Origin: Psammoneis japonica
Taxonomy: Eukaryota
DNA length: 63,969 nt
NCBI GenBank assembly: GCA_008632985.1
Contig: QPGO01000306.1
Span: 1-63,969 of the forward strand
Direction of reading: 5' to 3'
The notes below the pieces were generated by a model that did no database searches, was not told the origin of the DNA, and was given only the letters and a program-made list of their open reading frames with translations. The position numbers were made by a program, and so were the translations under genes. Each line of letters opens with the position of its first letter. Positions within the stretch are counted from its first letter, which is position 1. Positions 1-10,700 of this stretch are shown here, in pieces.

Positions 1-1784
1 TCTTCATCGGCACCGGCACCGCACTGAAGAACAGCGCCGAAGAATTTCCACAGCTCCTGCCATGACTTTGGGATGAGCGTACCGATACTTGACAACCTGG
101 GCTTTTCATGATCCTGCGTGTGCCTAAAGATGGTATTGCTCACCTGTTCCCTAGCGCGTGCAATGGCACTTTTGCTCGTTACGGATACTTCCAGAACATT
201 GGGTAGGATCCGGAGCAGCGGCGGCTTCTTTCTTTCCGTCGAGTCCTCTGGAATGGCACGATCATAAAGAGCACTTTCCTCTCCTTCTCGATTGGCGGCG
301 GCATGACGCCATTTTTGAAGCTGCCCTTGGACTTTATTGTTGAGCCATTGCATTCTTTTCTCGAGCCATTGCTTTCGTTCAACCTCTTCCAACTCGTCCG
401 GCACAAGATCAACCTTGGATAGGACAAGTTGCACCACGGCACCGGGCGCCCTTGCCTGTAATAGTACAAGAAAGCGTTGCACTGCTTCTTCATAAAAAGC
501 GTCGTGTGCCTTATCCGCCGCCACGACAAGTAAAAATAGCGACGACGCCGTCATGAATGGTGCTTGCCCGACAGCATAGTCTTGCTGACCGCCGCAGTCA
601 TAGACCATTAACGTAATTGGATCATCGCTGTATTCATCGGGTGCGTCTATCTGCACAGGTTCCACGTTAAGATAGATTGTCCGTTCCTCCTCGCCCCCCA
701 TGAGCGCCGGGAAACGGCAGGCAATGGCATTGCGCAGGCTCGTCTTTCCTGCTTCCCCACCCCCCACGAGCACCGTTTTGAGCTGTCTGGATCTGATTGC
801 CTCCCCTTTATCCAGGGCTTCAAAGTAACGAGCAATCGCCCCGAGGCCCTGTTTGGCAATCTCGGACGGGGGTTCCAACAGGGGATTACTGTCCACATTA
901 AAATATTCGCACGTTCCCTCAAGTTTGACAAAGGAGCGTGGAAGTCTTGTAATGTAATTGTAGCTCAGGTGCAGCTTCCGGAGATTTGACGCCAATGTAT
1001 TATTCATTTCCAGTACTCTTCCAAGGGCCGCTGCACCCTCGTCTCCAATGGAATTGCCGCCGAGATGAAGCACCGTCAATGTTGTATTCATTTCTAGCGC
1101 TTTTCCAATGTCCGCGGCACCCTCGTCTCCAATGGAATTGTTGAAGAGATGAAGCTCCGTCAATGTTTTATTCATTTCTAGCGCTTTTCCAATGGCCGCT
1201 GCACCCTCGTCTCCAATTGAATTGTAGCCGAGATCAAGTAACGTCAACGTTTTATTCGTTTCCAGTGCTTTTCCAATGGCCACGGCACCCTCGTCTCCAA
1301 TGGAATTGTTGTTGAGAAAAAGATCCGTCAATGTCTGGTTTGTTTCTAGTGCTTTTCCAATGGCCGCTGCACCCTCGTCCCCAATGGAATTGTAGCCGAG
1401 ATTAAGCACCATCAATGTTTTATTCGTCTCCAGCACTTTTCCAATGGCCGCAGCCCCCTCATCTCCAATGGAATTGCTGCTGAGAACAAGCCTCTTCAAT
1501 GTATCATTCATTTCCAGCGCTTTTCCAATGGCCATGGCACCCTCATTTCCGATGGAATTGTTGCTGAGCAGAAGCACCGTCAATGTTTTATTCGTTTTTA
1601 GTGCTTTGCCAATGGCCACGGCACCAGCGTCTCCAATGGAATTGTACCTGAGATTAAGCCTCGTCAATGTTGAATCATTCTCTTGGAAGCGACGAATGCG
1701 CTCTCGTTTATGTTGTGGCAAAGCGCCGAACCAATCCGCTGACATGTCGATGCTGCTGCTATAACTTGACAAAGACTTCTCCAT
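1..1784 (-). CDS. LRR-Roc (Roco) GTPase, paralogue 1; partial, runs off the window start
   Basis: ATG at 1784 (MEKSLSSYSSSIDMSADW), 8 LRRs of 28 aa, Roc P-loop VLVGGGEAGKTSL and DCGGQQDY. Frame checked at 1784, 776 and 50. Collinear with 3586-7140. Absent from the ORF track, presumably because no stop lies in the window. Confidence 0.85.
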   Translation of the reverse strand, partial: MEKSLSSYSSSIDMSADWFGALPQHKRERIRRFQENDSTLTRLNLRYNSIGDAGAVAIGKALKTNKTLTVLLLSNNSIGNEGAMAIGKALEMNDTLKRLVLSSNSIGDEGAAAIGKVLETNKTLMVLNLGYNSIGDEGAAAIGKALETNQTLTDLFLNNNSIGDEGAVAIGKALETNKTLTLLDLGYNSIGDEGAAAIGKALEMNKTLTELHLFNNSIGDEGAADIGKALEMNTTLTVLHLGGNSIGDEGAAALGRVLEMNNTLASNLRKLHLSYNYITRLPRSFVKLEGTCEYFNVDSNPLLEPPSEIAKQGLGAIARYFEALDKGEAIRSRQLKTVLVGGGEAGKTSLRNAIACRFPALMGGEEERTIYLNVEPVQIDAPDEYSDDPITLMVYDCGGQQDYAVGQAPFMTASSLFLLVVAADKAHDAFYEEAVQRFLVLLQARAPGAVVQLVLSKVDLVPDELEEVERKQWLEKRMQWLNNKVQGQLQKWRHAAANREGEESALYDRAIPEDSTERKKPPLLRILPNVLEVSVTSKSAIARAREQVSNTIFRHTQDHEKPRLSSIGTLIPKSWQELWKFFGAVLQCGAGADE

Positions 1785-3585
1785 AAGTTTTTTGAAAACG
1801 AGACTTGTTTCCAAGCAATCCAATCCCAGGCAAGCAGCGCCAGTATCTTTTTCGTTTCACTCGATTTTTCGCATGAGTCGTCCGTCACATTCGTTGGTTG
1901 CGTTGCCTCTCTGCGATGAAACTGCTCGAATGGAGCAAATGTGTTGGTGTATCTGACGAGAAGAGACAGTATCAATGATGGGAATGTTATACCGTGTATT
2001 GTATGAAGGTTACAGTGTAATGGATAATGGCTCTTGCTCGCTTGTGATCCTCATCATCGTCGTGCGTCAGTGGCTTTTTGCGAACGGATTGATTCTGATG
2101 CATGACCGATCGAAGGTCATGCATTTTTCGTCTGCCCGTGTGTCTTCGCTTTTACCCCCACAGCGTGAAATTCTCAATCCGTGGCCATCGGAGTCGCACA
2201 AATAATACGCTGTACAGTATCAACAATGACCCGCTCACCGTCGTCGCCGCTTGTGTGGTGTGGCACTTTTTATTGATATGGGCGTATCCTTCATTGTCTA
2301 ACACACCTCGTGATGTGTTGGTGGATTGCTGAGGTGATATGTGTAGCGTTGCCGGTTGCCGTTTGTTCAAGCGCCGATGATTGAGGATTTCATCTTTGCG
2401 TAGAATTTGTATGGATGTCTACAGGGCGTCATTTTTGGTGTCAAGAGAACGCATTCGATTTGAGTACCAAGTTTATTATGGATGATCCAGATTGTTGTAT
2501 TTTGATGTTTAGCACTATTTTTTTAAATAGCTCGTGATTTTCGAATTTCCCCGTACTTCGCCCGTGTTATTTTGCGAAGCCTCTGAGCACCCCCAAACAC
2601 ATATGAGTGTGCCCAGCCCCCATCAGGGCTGGTAGACCTTTAGGTGAACTACACATATTAACCTTCAAACGCCAATTATCGTGTTTGGTACAGTTGTTAT
2701 ATCCGATAAAGCACGATTTTTCGCCAAAATTAGACTGCTTATGGTAGATAGGTCGTAACTTTCCAGGAAAAGCCGGTAATTGGCTTTTAACCGGCTATAG
2801 ACATATCTACAATTGTTAAGCTACACATCGCGCATGGTCGCAACCGTCATATGTGCATTCTATGTTGTCTTACAAACAGACAAAGTTCGACCCATCGCTG
2901 ATTTTTTTTTCGGCGAACGCGCGCATTATTAGTACGACAAATCCGGGTTATTTTTAGATATTTACGAGCTCTAAATAAAATCGACCGCTAAACAACGATC
3001 CATCCTTAGACGCGTCGATTCATGCCTTGGTTTTGTAGCATAGAATAGTGTGGGAGCAACGCGAGCGGCTTTTATCGCCATGGCCATGTCGTTTCATGGT
3101 GAATGTAAACAGTCAGTTGTGTTTGCAAGTTCGTCGAAATGTTCTTCAAGGAGGACCCAATGGCAGCAGTTCTCTAAGCTTAGCGTTGTCCTCAACAAAG
3201 CTCTGGCGTTGAAAGGAGCTCTGCAAAGGCTGATCCTTCAGTGTGCCCGAACAATGGTTCAAAGTTCGGATGCAAGAGCGATTTCTAAAGCATTAATCTG
3301 AAAACTAGAAAAAAACAGGAGTCGCATTTACGATGTGTGCCTAGAAGAAAAACCTTTAGATGCTGCTTCTACAAGTTGAAAGTGGGATCGTTGAAAGGTG
3401 TCAGATGCTTTCATTGGGCTCTTCTCTCTTCACCCTCTAGCGTTGAGTAAAGCTCAAAAGCTAGCCGTCTAGAGAGAGAGGAGCAGGTGTCGATCGGTCG
3501 ATCGATTGTTTAGCGTTGCTACGCACACCCGCCCTGCAACGCCGGCGCTAACAGGTTAGCCATATCTTCGCACTGCCTAAGGGCC

Positions 3586-6500
3586 CTACTCTCCAGCTTT
3601 GTGAACTCGAACAAAGCTTTCTAAGCTCGAGTCAATACCTGGAACGTCTTGCCTCCCCCGGTGTTCTTCGACGTACTGGATTAGCTTGTCTTTTAATGAC
3701 AGCGCATCCCAATCTGAACGGTCTTGTCGTCCACATTTCAGGCGCTTAATGAGGTCTGGCCACAGTACCTCCACCAAAAAATATGCCGGGTCCTCCGTCC
3801 GAGACTTGCGCCAGTTGATCTCCCTCACGGCTGGTGCAAAATTATTATCGAGTTTTTGTATCTTCCAAAGATATGGGAGCACAACTAAGTTTCCCTTGCT
3901 CCGACGCATCATGAAGGTATTAAGCTCCATGACACAGTAATCACTCTCTCGAAACCCAGGTGACAACAAAACCAAAGCATGTGAAGAGCTATGCGCAGGT
4001 TCCATTAGAGAACGCATCTTGTAGTCACCGGTTTTCATGCGATCATCATCAAAGAAAGCGGTGAGACCCAATATTTCTGATAAGAACCAATGCGTAGGAC
4101 GAGCAATAGTCTCTTTGGTATCGATACCTCTATGCGACAAAAACACGTACGGATCACCACCAAGGTTGTACTGCCAAACGCTGCTTGGGTTCACCACCCC
4201 AGCCATTGACAACTCTCCAACATCTGTCTCGATACCATCCAACAGTGCTTGCGTGTACAAGCTAGAGATGTTGCGTTCACCGGCTGCAATCGGCGAGACG
4301 TAGGTTGGCGAATGGCCAGGTATATCTTGTGCCGGATAAAGGTGATTCAGGCGTTCCATCATTTTGTCAAGCAACTCATCCTTCTGAATAAACTTGCTCT
4401 CGTGGAATGTTCCATCTCCAGTATGGCACACCCTTCCGACTTGAACAACTTCTTTGCATACATCACACACAAGAGAATCCGTTGTCCTGGACGCAGCTAC
4501 ATCAGACCAGTCGAATTCGTGGCACTCGTTGATGGCTCTACCAAGGTTTATGCAGCGTGCGCAAGCGAGTACACAGTCGAAATCCAAACCTGGAAAATGA
4601 TCGTTTCTTTCCGCGATAACAAATTCGACTGCACCTTGTAACAACATCCACATGTCCCTGTCAACGCGAGCACCACGAGCTGTGAATACTAACCATGCCT
4701 CTCCTTCCATCTCAACAATCTCCGACCGCAAGCGACGGTTGGTGTTCTCGTCGAGGACAATCGAGCCATAAAGCCATGCACAGATACATTTCCCATGCGC
4801 ATGAGTCGCGGCGGCAAAATGTGCAGCGAGACTTGGAGGACAGCCTTCCCACATCTTCAGGCGCAGCTCTTGTTGTTGTTGGTCATCAAGCACTTCTTTT
4901 GGCCACGCCTTTCGCAACTCTTCCGGTTGCACTTTTTTTTGTTGGCGAAAGAGAACCACGGGCTTGAGGCCACGCAAACTGTCATCAAGCAAAGATACAA
5001 AAATAACGTCCGAATCCAGAAGCATCTGGAGGATCATCGGAAAATCCTTGTAATCCTTTACTAAGTCATGCCACAAGAAGGGAAGAATCACGGGGTCCAA
5101 CTCTCCCTTTTCTATCAGCTTCTTGAGTCCCTCAATTATGAGATTCCGCAGTCCAGCAGGCGGTCTCATAACTCCTTTTACAAATGTTCCAATACGTTTT
5201 TTGAAAGCCTGTGATTTTATTTTTTCGAGTGTCAACGTTTCGTCTATGAGAGGTTTGATCAACTTGGTTACAAAAGACGGTTCCAGATACGCCAACCCAG
5301 CATCAACAAAAATACTGCCCCGGGCTTCAAGCAATCCAAGTGCATCACTAAACGTATTGTCGTCAGCCAAGGGGGCGTGCAAGATTCGAAATTGATTCCA
5401 CAATGACTTGAGCTTCGCAACTGAACAGTATGGTCCTTTTGCAGATGTGTCCGTTTCACCATCTGTTGCCGTCCTCATATTCCCGATCTCGCCCAATGGG
5501 ATGGCGTCATCCGAACTTGCTACGGAGAAAAGCGCTTCCTCATCGGCATCTGTGCCGCACTGAACAACCGCGCCAAAGAATTTCCACAGCTCCCACCATG
5601 GCTCTGGGATTAGCGTACCGACACTCGACAGCCTCGGCTCAACACGATCCTGTGTGTGCCTAAATATGGCATTGCTCACATCTTCCCTCGCGCGCGTAAT
5701 GTAAATTTCACTCATCACGGATACTCCCAGGACATTGGGTAGGATCCGGAGCAGCGGTGGCTTCTTTTTCTTCGAGTCCTCTGGAATGACACGACCATAA
5801 AGAGCAGCTTCCTCTCGATCAGCAGCGGCATCACGCCATGCTTGAAGCTGCCCGCGGACTTTATCCTCCAGCCATTGCGCTCTATTCTCGAGGCATTGCT
5901 TTCGCTCACACTCGTCGAACTTGTCCGACACAAGATCGACCTTAGATAGGACAAGTTGCACTATGGCACCCGGCGCCCTTGCCTGTAGCATCACAAGAAA
6001 GCGATGCACTACTTCTTCATAGAAAACGTCATGTGCCTTATCCACCGGCACGACAAGTAAAAAGAGTGACGACGCTGTCATGAATGGTGCCTGTCCGACA
6101 GCATAGTCTTGCTGACCACCGCAGTCATAGACCATTAGCGTAATTGGATAATCGCTGAGTCCTTCAGGTGCATATATCCGCACGGGTTCCACATCGAGAT
6201 AGATCGTCCGTGTCGCCTCACCCTCAGTGCGCGCCGGTAAACGGCTGGCAATGGCATTGCGCAGACTTGTCTTTCCTGCTTCCCCGTCCCCCACGAGCAC
6301 CGTCTTGAGCTGTCTGGATGTGGTTGCCTCCCCTTTATCCACGGCTTCAAAGTAGCGAGCAATCGCGTGGAGGCCCTGTTTGGCAATCTCGGGCGGGGGT
6401 TCCAACAGTGGATTATTGATCACATTAAACTCGCACGTTCCCTCAAGTTTGACAAAGGAGCGTGGAAGTCTTACAATGTTGTTCAAGTTCATGTCCAGCC

Positions 6501-7140
6501 TTTGGAGATTTGACGCCAATGTTGAATTCATTTCTAGCGCTTTTCCAATGGCCGCAACACCCTTGTCTCCAATGCAATTGTCTTCGAGAATAAGCTTCGT
6601 CAATGTTTGGTTTTTTTCTAGCGCTTTTCCAATGGCTACGGCACCCTCATCTCCAATGGAATTGTCGCTAAGATAAAGCTGCATCAACGTTTTATTCGTT
6701 TCTAGTGCTTTTCCAATGGCCGTGGCACCCTCAACTCGCATGGAATTGCCGCCGAGAGAAAGCTTCGTCACTGTTGAATTCGTTTCCAGGGCTTTTCCAA
6801 TGGCCATGGCACCCTCATCTCCAATGTAATTGTCGCCAAGAACAAGCTCCGTCAATGTTTTATTGATTTCTAGTGCTTCGCCAATAGCCGTGGCACCCTC
6901 GTCTCTAATGTAATTGTCGTAGAGACGAAGCACCGTCAATGTTGTATTCGCTTCTAGCACTTTTCCAATGGCCACGGCACCCGCGTCTCCAATGGAATTG
7001 AACCAGAGTTCAAGCCTCGTCAATGTTGGATCATTCGCTTGGAAGCGACGAATTTTCTCTTGATCATCTTGTGTTAAAGCGACGAACCAATCCGCTGACA
7101 TGTAAATGCTGCTGCTGTAACTTGCCAGCGACTGCTCCAT
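3586..7140 (-). CDS. LRR-Roc-COR-TIR protein (Roco with C-terminal TIR)
   Basis: 1249-aa ORF from 7335; Met 7140 matches the paralogue start. 6 RI-type LRRs plus a cap, GDGEAGKTSL/DCGGQ/SKVD Roc motifs, COR region, CARC..CDVC pair, TIR motifs YVFLSHRGIDTK, AFFDDD, SPGFRESDYCVMEL. Intronless. Confidence 0.9.
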   Translation of the reverse strand: MEQSLASYSSSIYMSADWFVALTQDDQEKIRRFQANDPTLTRLELWFNSIGDAGAVAIGKVLEANTTLTVLRLYDNYIRDEGATAIGEALEINKTLTELVLGDNYIGDEGAMAIGKALETNSTVTKLSLGGNSMRVEGATAIGKALETNKTLMQLYLSDNSIGDEGAVAIGKALEKNQTLTKLILEDNCIGDKGVAAIGKALEMNSTLASNLQRLDMNLNNIVRLPRSFVKLEGTCEFNVINNPLLEPPPEIAKQGLHAIARYFEAVDKGEATTSRQLKTVLVGDGEAGKTSLRNAIASRLPARTEGEATRTIYLDVEPVRIYAPEGLSDYPITLMVYDCGGQQDYAVGQAPFMTASSLFLLVVPVDKAHDVFYEEVVHRFLVMLQARAPGAIVQLVLSKVDLVSDKFDECERKQCLENRAQWLEDKVRGQLQAWRDAAADREEAALYGRVIPEDSKKKKPPLLRILPNVLGVSVMSEIYITRAREDVSNAIFRHTQDRVEPRLSSVGTLIPEPWWELWKFFGAVVQCGTDADEEALFSVASSDDAIPLGEIGNMRTATDGETDTSAKGPYCSVAKLKSLWNQFRILHAPLADDNTFSDALGLLEARGSIFVDAGLAYLEPSFVTKLIKPLIDETLTLEKIKSQAFKKRIGTFVKGVMRPPAGLRNLIIEGLKKLIEKGELDPVILPFLWHDLVKDYKDFPMILQMLLDSDVIFVSLLDDSLRGLKPVVLFRQQKKVQPEELRKAWPKEVLDDQQQQELRLKMWEGCPPSLAAHFAAATHAHGKCICAWLYGSIVLDENTNRRLRSEIVEMEGEAWLVFTARGARVDRDMWMLLQGAVEFVIAERNDHFPGLDFDCVLACARCINLGRAINECHEFDWSDVAASRTTDSLVCDVCKEVVQVGRVCHTGDGTFHESKFIQKDELLDKMMERLNHLYPAQDIPGHSPTYVSPIAAGERNISSLYTQALLDGIETDVGELSMAGVVNPSSVWQYNLGGDPYVFLSHRGIDTKETIARPTHWFLSEILGLTAFFDDDRMKTGDYKMRSLMEPAHSSSHALVLLSPGFRESDYCVMELNTFMMRRSKGNLVVLPYLWKIQKLDNNFAPAVREINWRKSRTEDPAYFLVEVLWPDLIKRLKCGRQDRSDWDALSLKDKLIQYVEEHRGRQDVPGIDSSLESFVRVHKAGE

Positions 7141-7773
7141 ATTTTTTTTGAAAACGAGACTTGTTTCCGAGCAATCCAACAATCCCAGGCAAGCAGCAAG
7201 CAGCGCCAGTATCGTTTTCGTTTCACTCGATTTTGCGCAAGGATGAGGGAGTCGTCCGTCACATTCGTTGGGATGAAATTGCTCGAATGGAGCAAATTTT
7301 GAAAATAACAATGAAGAGACAGACAGTGTCAACATTGTACCGCCCGGTAGGTTGTAGGGCCCTAGGGCCCTACTACTCTCTACTAGGTACTCTACCGGTA
7401 GATATACACATAAATGGGCGTCAGCCAGGGCGTTTGCGCAGGATTGCTTCTGGTTCCTTTCAAGTCAAATTAGTACGACAGTCTTTTTTTAAAAGCCTGA
7501 AGGAAAGGAATCTCTAGAGCTAGGTCGAGTGTTTCTTTTGAAGAATCTTCAACCAATCAAAAATGCCGCTGCGGCGCACTCGTCCCGCCCATCAATTCAA
7601 TCTTAAAACACACACCGCTGCTTTCAGCGGCTACCTTAAGGCTTAGTCACGCCTGATTTTTCCTTTCAATCCACAACCATGGAATGGAGTCAGAGCGTCG
7701 GCACACAAAACAAATGCAACTGCGCTTGGCAAGTCGTGGAGCGCTTGATGACTGCACCCTTTCCTGCCATTGG

Positions 7774-10700
7774 TCAGTCTGTTGTGAAGGCAGTGGCCGC
7801 ACGTTTCGCTGTTGCTGCTGCCGCAAGCCAGTGTCTTTTAAAATCCATGTCTTTGGTTGGCACCTCCTCCATGGACTTAGAAAACCACCTGGCACACTGG
7901 GGCATGTCGGATGGGTGGTTGAAGAATTCTGCACATTCTTCTTCGATCCGCCCATCAAGAACGCTGTTGACAGTGAGTCTTGCTTCCAATGTTGGAGATG
8001 CAGCCGCCCACATTCTGTGTTGCCACATGTCCCATGCTGCATTCCACAGTTGTTGAATGAGACCTGCTGCCCATCTCTCACCTGCATTCCGACGCTGAAT
8101 GAATTCGCAGCACGACTGTTGAGCTGCTGCCCACTCCATGGCAAGGAATCCACGTGCCAGAGAGTGATCGCCAAGTTGCTCTTGTGCTGTGAAAGCCTGT
8201 TGCACCTGCAGATGATCCAATGTTGGTGCAGGACAAGGGAGCTCATCGTGCCAGCTCTCTGCAATGTGGACAACACCCTTCCGTAAGTCCGGGTGAGTTG
8301 AATGATCCGTCATCCACCTCTCCAAGCTTTCCACCTTTTTCTGCCACAGCTCCTGCGCCGCATGGGCCTTGCACTGTAGCATGTGGTCTGTTCCACCTTT
8401 GTTGTCCCCGCATCTTGGGCACGCTGCACTTTTCACTTTTTTCCAATGACACATGTTGTTGTTCGTGGGGACGAAGCCTGTGTTCCACTTTGGTTGCCAC
8501 AGTTGCTGAAACGTTGGACACCTGTGCATTGCTCGTCCCAGTGCTTGCCAACCGACAGTCACGTGGGTGTGTTCAATCTGCAGCTTCTTCTTCCAGCATG
8601 CTGTTGCAGGCGGACTGCATGTGTGATCAAGAACCATCATTTGTTCTTTCCATGATGTCAATGTTGTGTCACGCAGCCCAACCATCCAGATCGGTTGTGC
8701 AATCTTGCATGGAGTGGTGCCTTTGTGCTCTCGCAGAGCTTCCCAGCACGTTTTGGCTGAGAGATCCATTTCAACATTCAGTTGTTCAATGTAGGACAGT
8801 TCCTGCAATGGCACAATCTGATCCTTGTGACCCTCAACCTCGACAGCCTCCACTGTTGTCGGAAGTTCCTGAAGCACACTCCTGACAGTGTGGGTCAGAT
8901 CACAGTTGGTGAGAGTCGGATCATTGTAAGAGTTGCAGAAGCAGGTCCTCAATCCAAGGTTGCAGTTGCATGCAAGGGTCATCCTCCCGCTGCTGATGTT
9001 GTGCTGTTTGCACAGTCTTCAGAGAAATGCCACCATGCCAAAAACACCACCCAACTCCCCTCTGCAGGGCACAAGGTCTGTGGTCACTCCCAGCGTCTGA
9101 TTCACTCCCTTGTGCCGGTGTGAGTGTCCTTCACAGGGCAGCAAGATCATCCCTGCCGCTGCCAGTCCATCTTTGTGCGACCCATCTGTGTCACTCAAGG
9201 CAGTCCCATTTTCAATTCCTTGGACCAGTGCGGACAATTCCGGTTGGCGTCCGCATGGAATGAATGACCAATCCGTGTCACTGAGAGTTCTCCCCTGCTC
9301 TGCCACCTGCTGGATTGGTGATGTTCCTGTTGGTTTGATCCTGGTGCTGTTGCTTGTGACCTGAGTTGGCAAGGCGTCCTGTGGCATGGCATGGACGGTG
9401 CCATTTAGTTGATGCCGTGATTGCCTGTTGCGCCTGTTTTGAGGGAGTCTTGTGTGCAGTGCAATGCCATGCTCCTCATTGCAGCACACTCTGTCATCCA
9501 TTTCCGAATGCCACCATGCTGCAGTCAGTTTCTGCATCCACATTTTGAGTGGTCGCCAAAGTCGGAGTTGCTGGTTCCCACCTGCAACCAGGAAACTTGT
9601 TGTCAGTGCTTCTTGCCACAGTTGCCAACACGGTCTGGAGGGATGCCCTGCCTTTGGCCAGTTGTGCGTTGTCTGGCAGGTTGCAGTGCCGTGCCAACAG
9701 TCTGGGAGTGTCCTTCTGCCATCCCTGACACAATGTCCGACAAACATGCCACTTTCAGCCACATTCTGCACAGATTGATCTTCCTTTGATGGTTGCCTTT
9801 GTAGCTGTGTGCTTTGAATGCTTCCATCAAAAACATGTCATTTTGCCACAGCGTTGGAATCGTGACCATCGGGGCGTGCAATTCAATCAAGCATGATGAA
9901 CAGAAGTGCCACAGCAATTTGGTCCATGTCTTTGTGGCTAAAATTGCAAGTTTGTTGCAATCTAGTGAGAAGACATGGTCCCCATGCCCGAGTTCGAGCA
10001 CCATGGTTTCGCACACATGTTGTGTCTCTCTCCCTGTCATCAATGGTGTGTCCATTTGTTGCAAGTAGACCGCCACTTTTGCGGGTCCCTTGTTTCACAA
10101 AGAGTTCCAACAGGCCCAGTCCGTCAAACCGTTTTGGTGCATAGAGAATTTTCTTGGGGAATGACCGAGGACATCCCATTGCGGGCAATGCCACTTCGTA
10201 CAGCAGTTTCTCCATGTGTTTGCACTCTGCTTTTGTCAGAGATGTTGCTGCCAGTGGACACTCTGTGGATCGCATGATTCCACCAGTCAGAGAAAACCAG
10301 GCCTCAGTTCTGTTGAGATGTCTGCAACGCACTTGGTCTGCCCATTTTTCCACTTTGATTTCCATTGCCTCGATCTGAGCCTCCGAGTTCCCGTCTGGTG
10401 CGATGTGCACCCCCAGTGACTCTAGTGCTTCCGACACCTCAATTCTTTCTGCCATTGTCCTGTTTCCCTCATGATCTAGTGGGGTGATGTTGCCTGGTGA
10501 TTCCTCCTTGCTCTGATGAGTCCAGCGGTCATTTAGCCACTTGAAGGATGCAAGGGACCAGCAGCTTTTCTCTGGCACCAATGCACCTCCTGTGGCCCAG
10601 ATTCCTCCTTCCCAGCAACAAGACACATCTTGAATCTCATTCAGCACATCTTCGTACGTTGAGTCATCAGAGCCAGGGAAGCACGGAAGGTCTGTGTCAT

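Noticed and set aside
179..931. Short minus-strand ORFs suggesting that Roco paralogue 1 is fragmented
   Set aside because: They are alternative-frame shadows also seen over the intact paralogue; the true frame is consistent to the window edge.
1000..1680. Regularly spaced repeats resembling a CRISPR array
   Set aside because: 84-bp coding LRR units in a eukaryotic gene; no cas genes.
2400..3400. Possible non-autonomous element between the Roco genes
   Set aside because: No terminal repeats or TSD could be established by eye.
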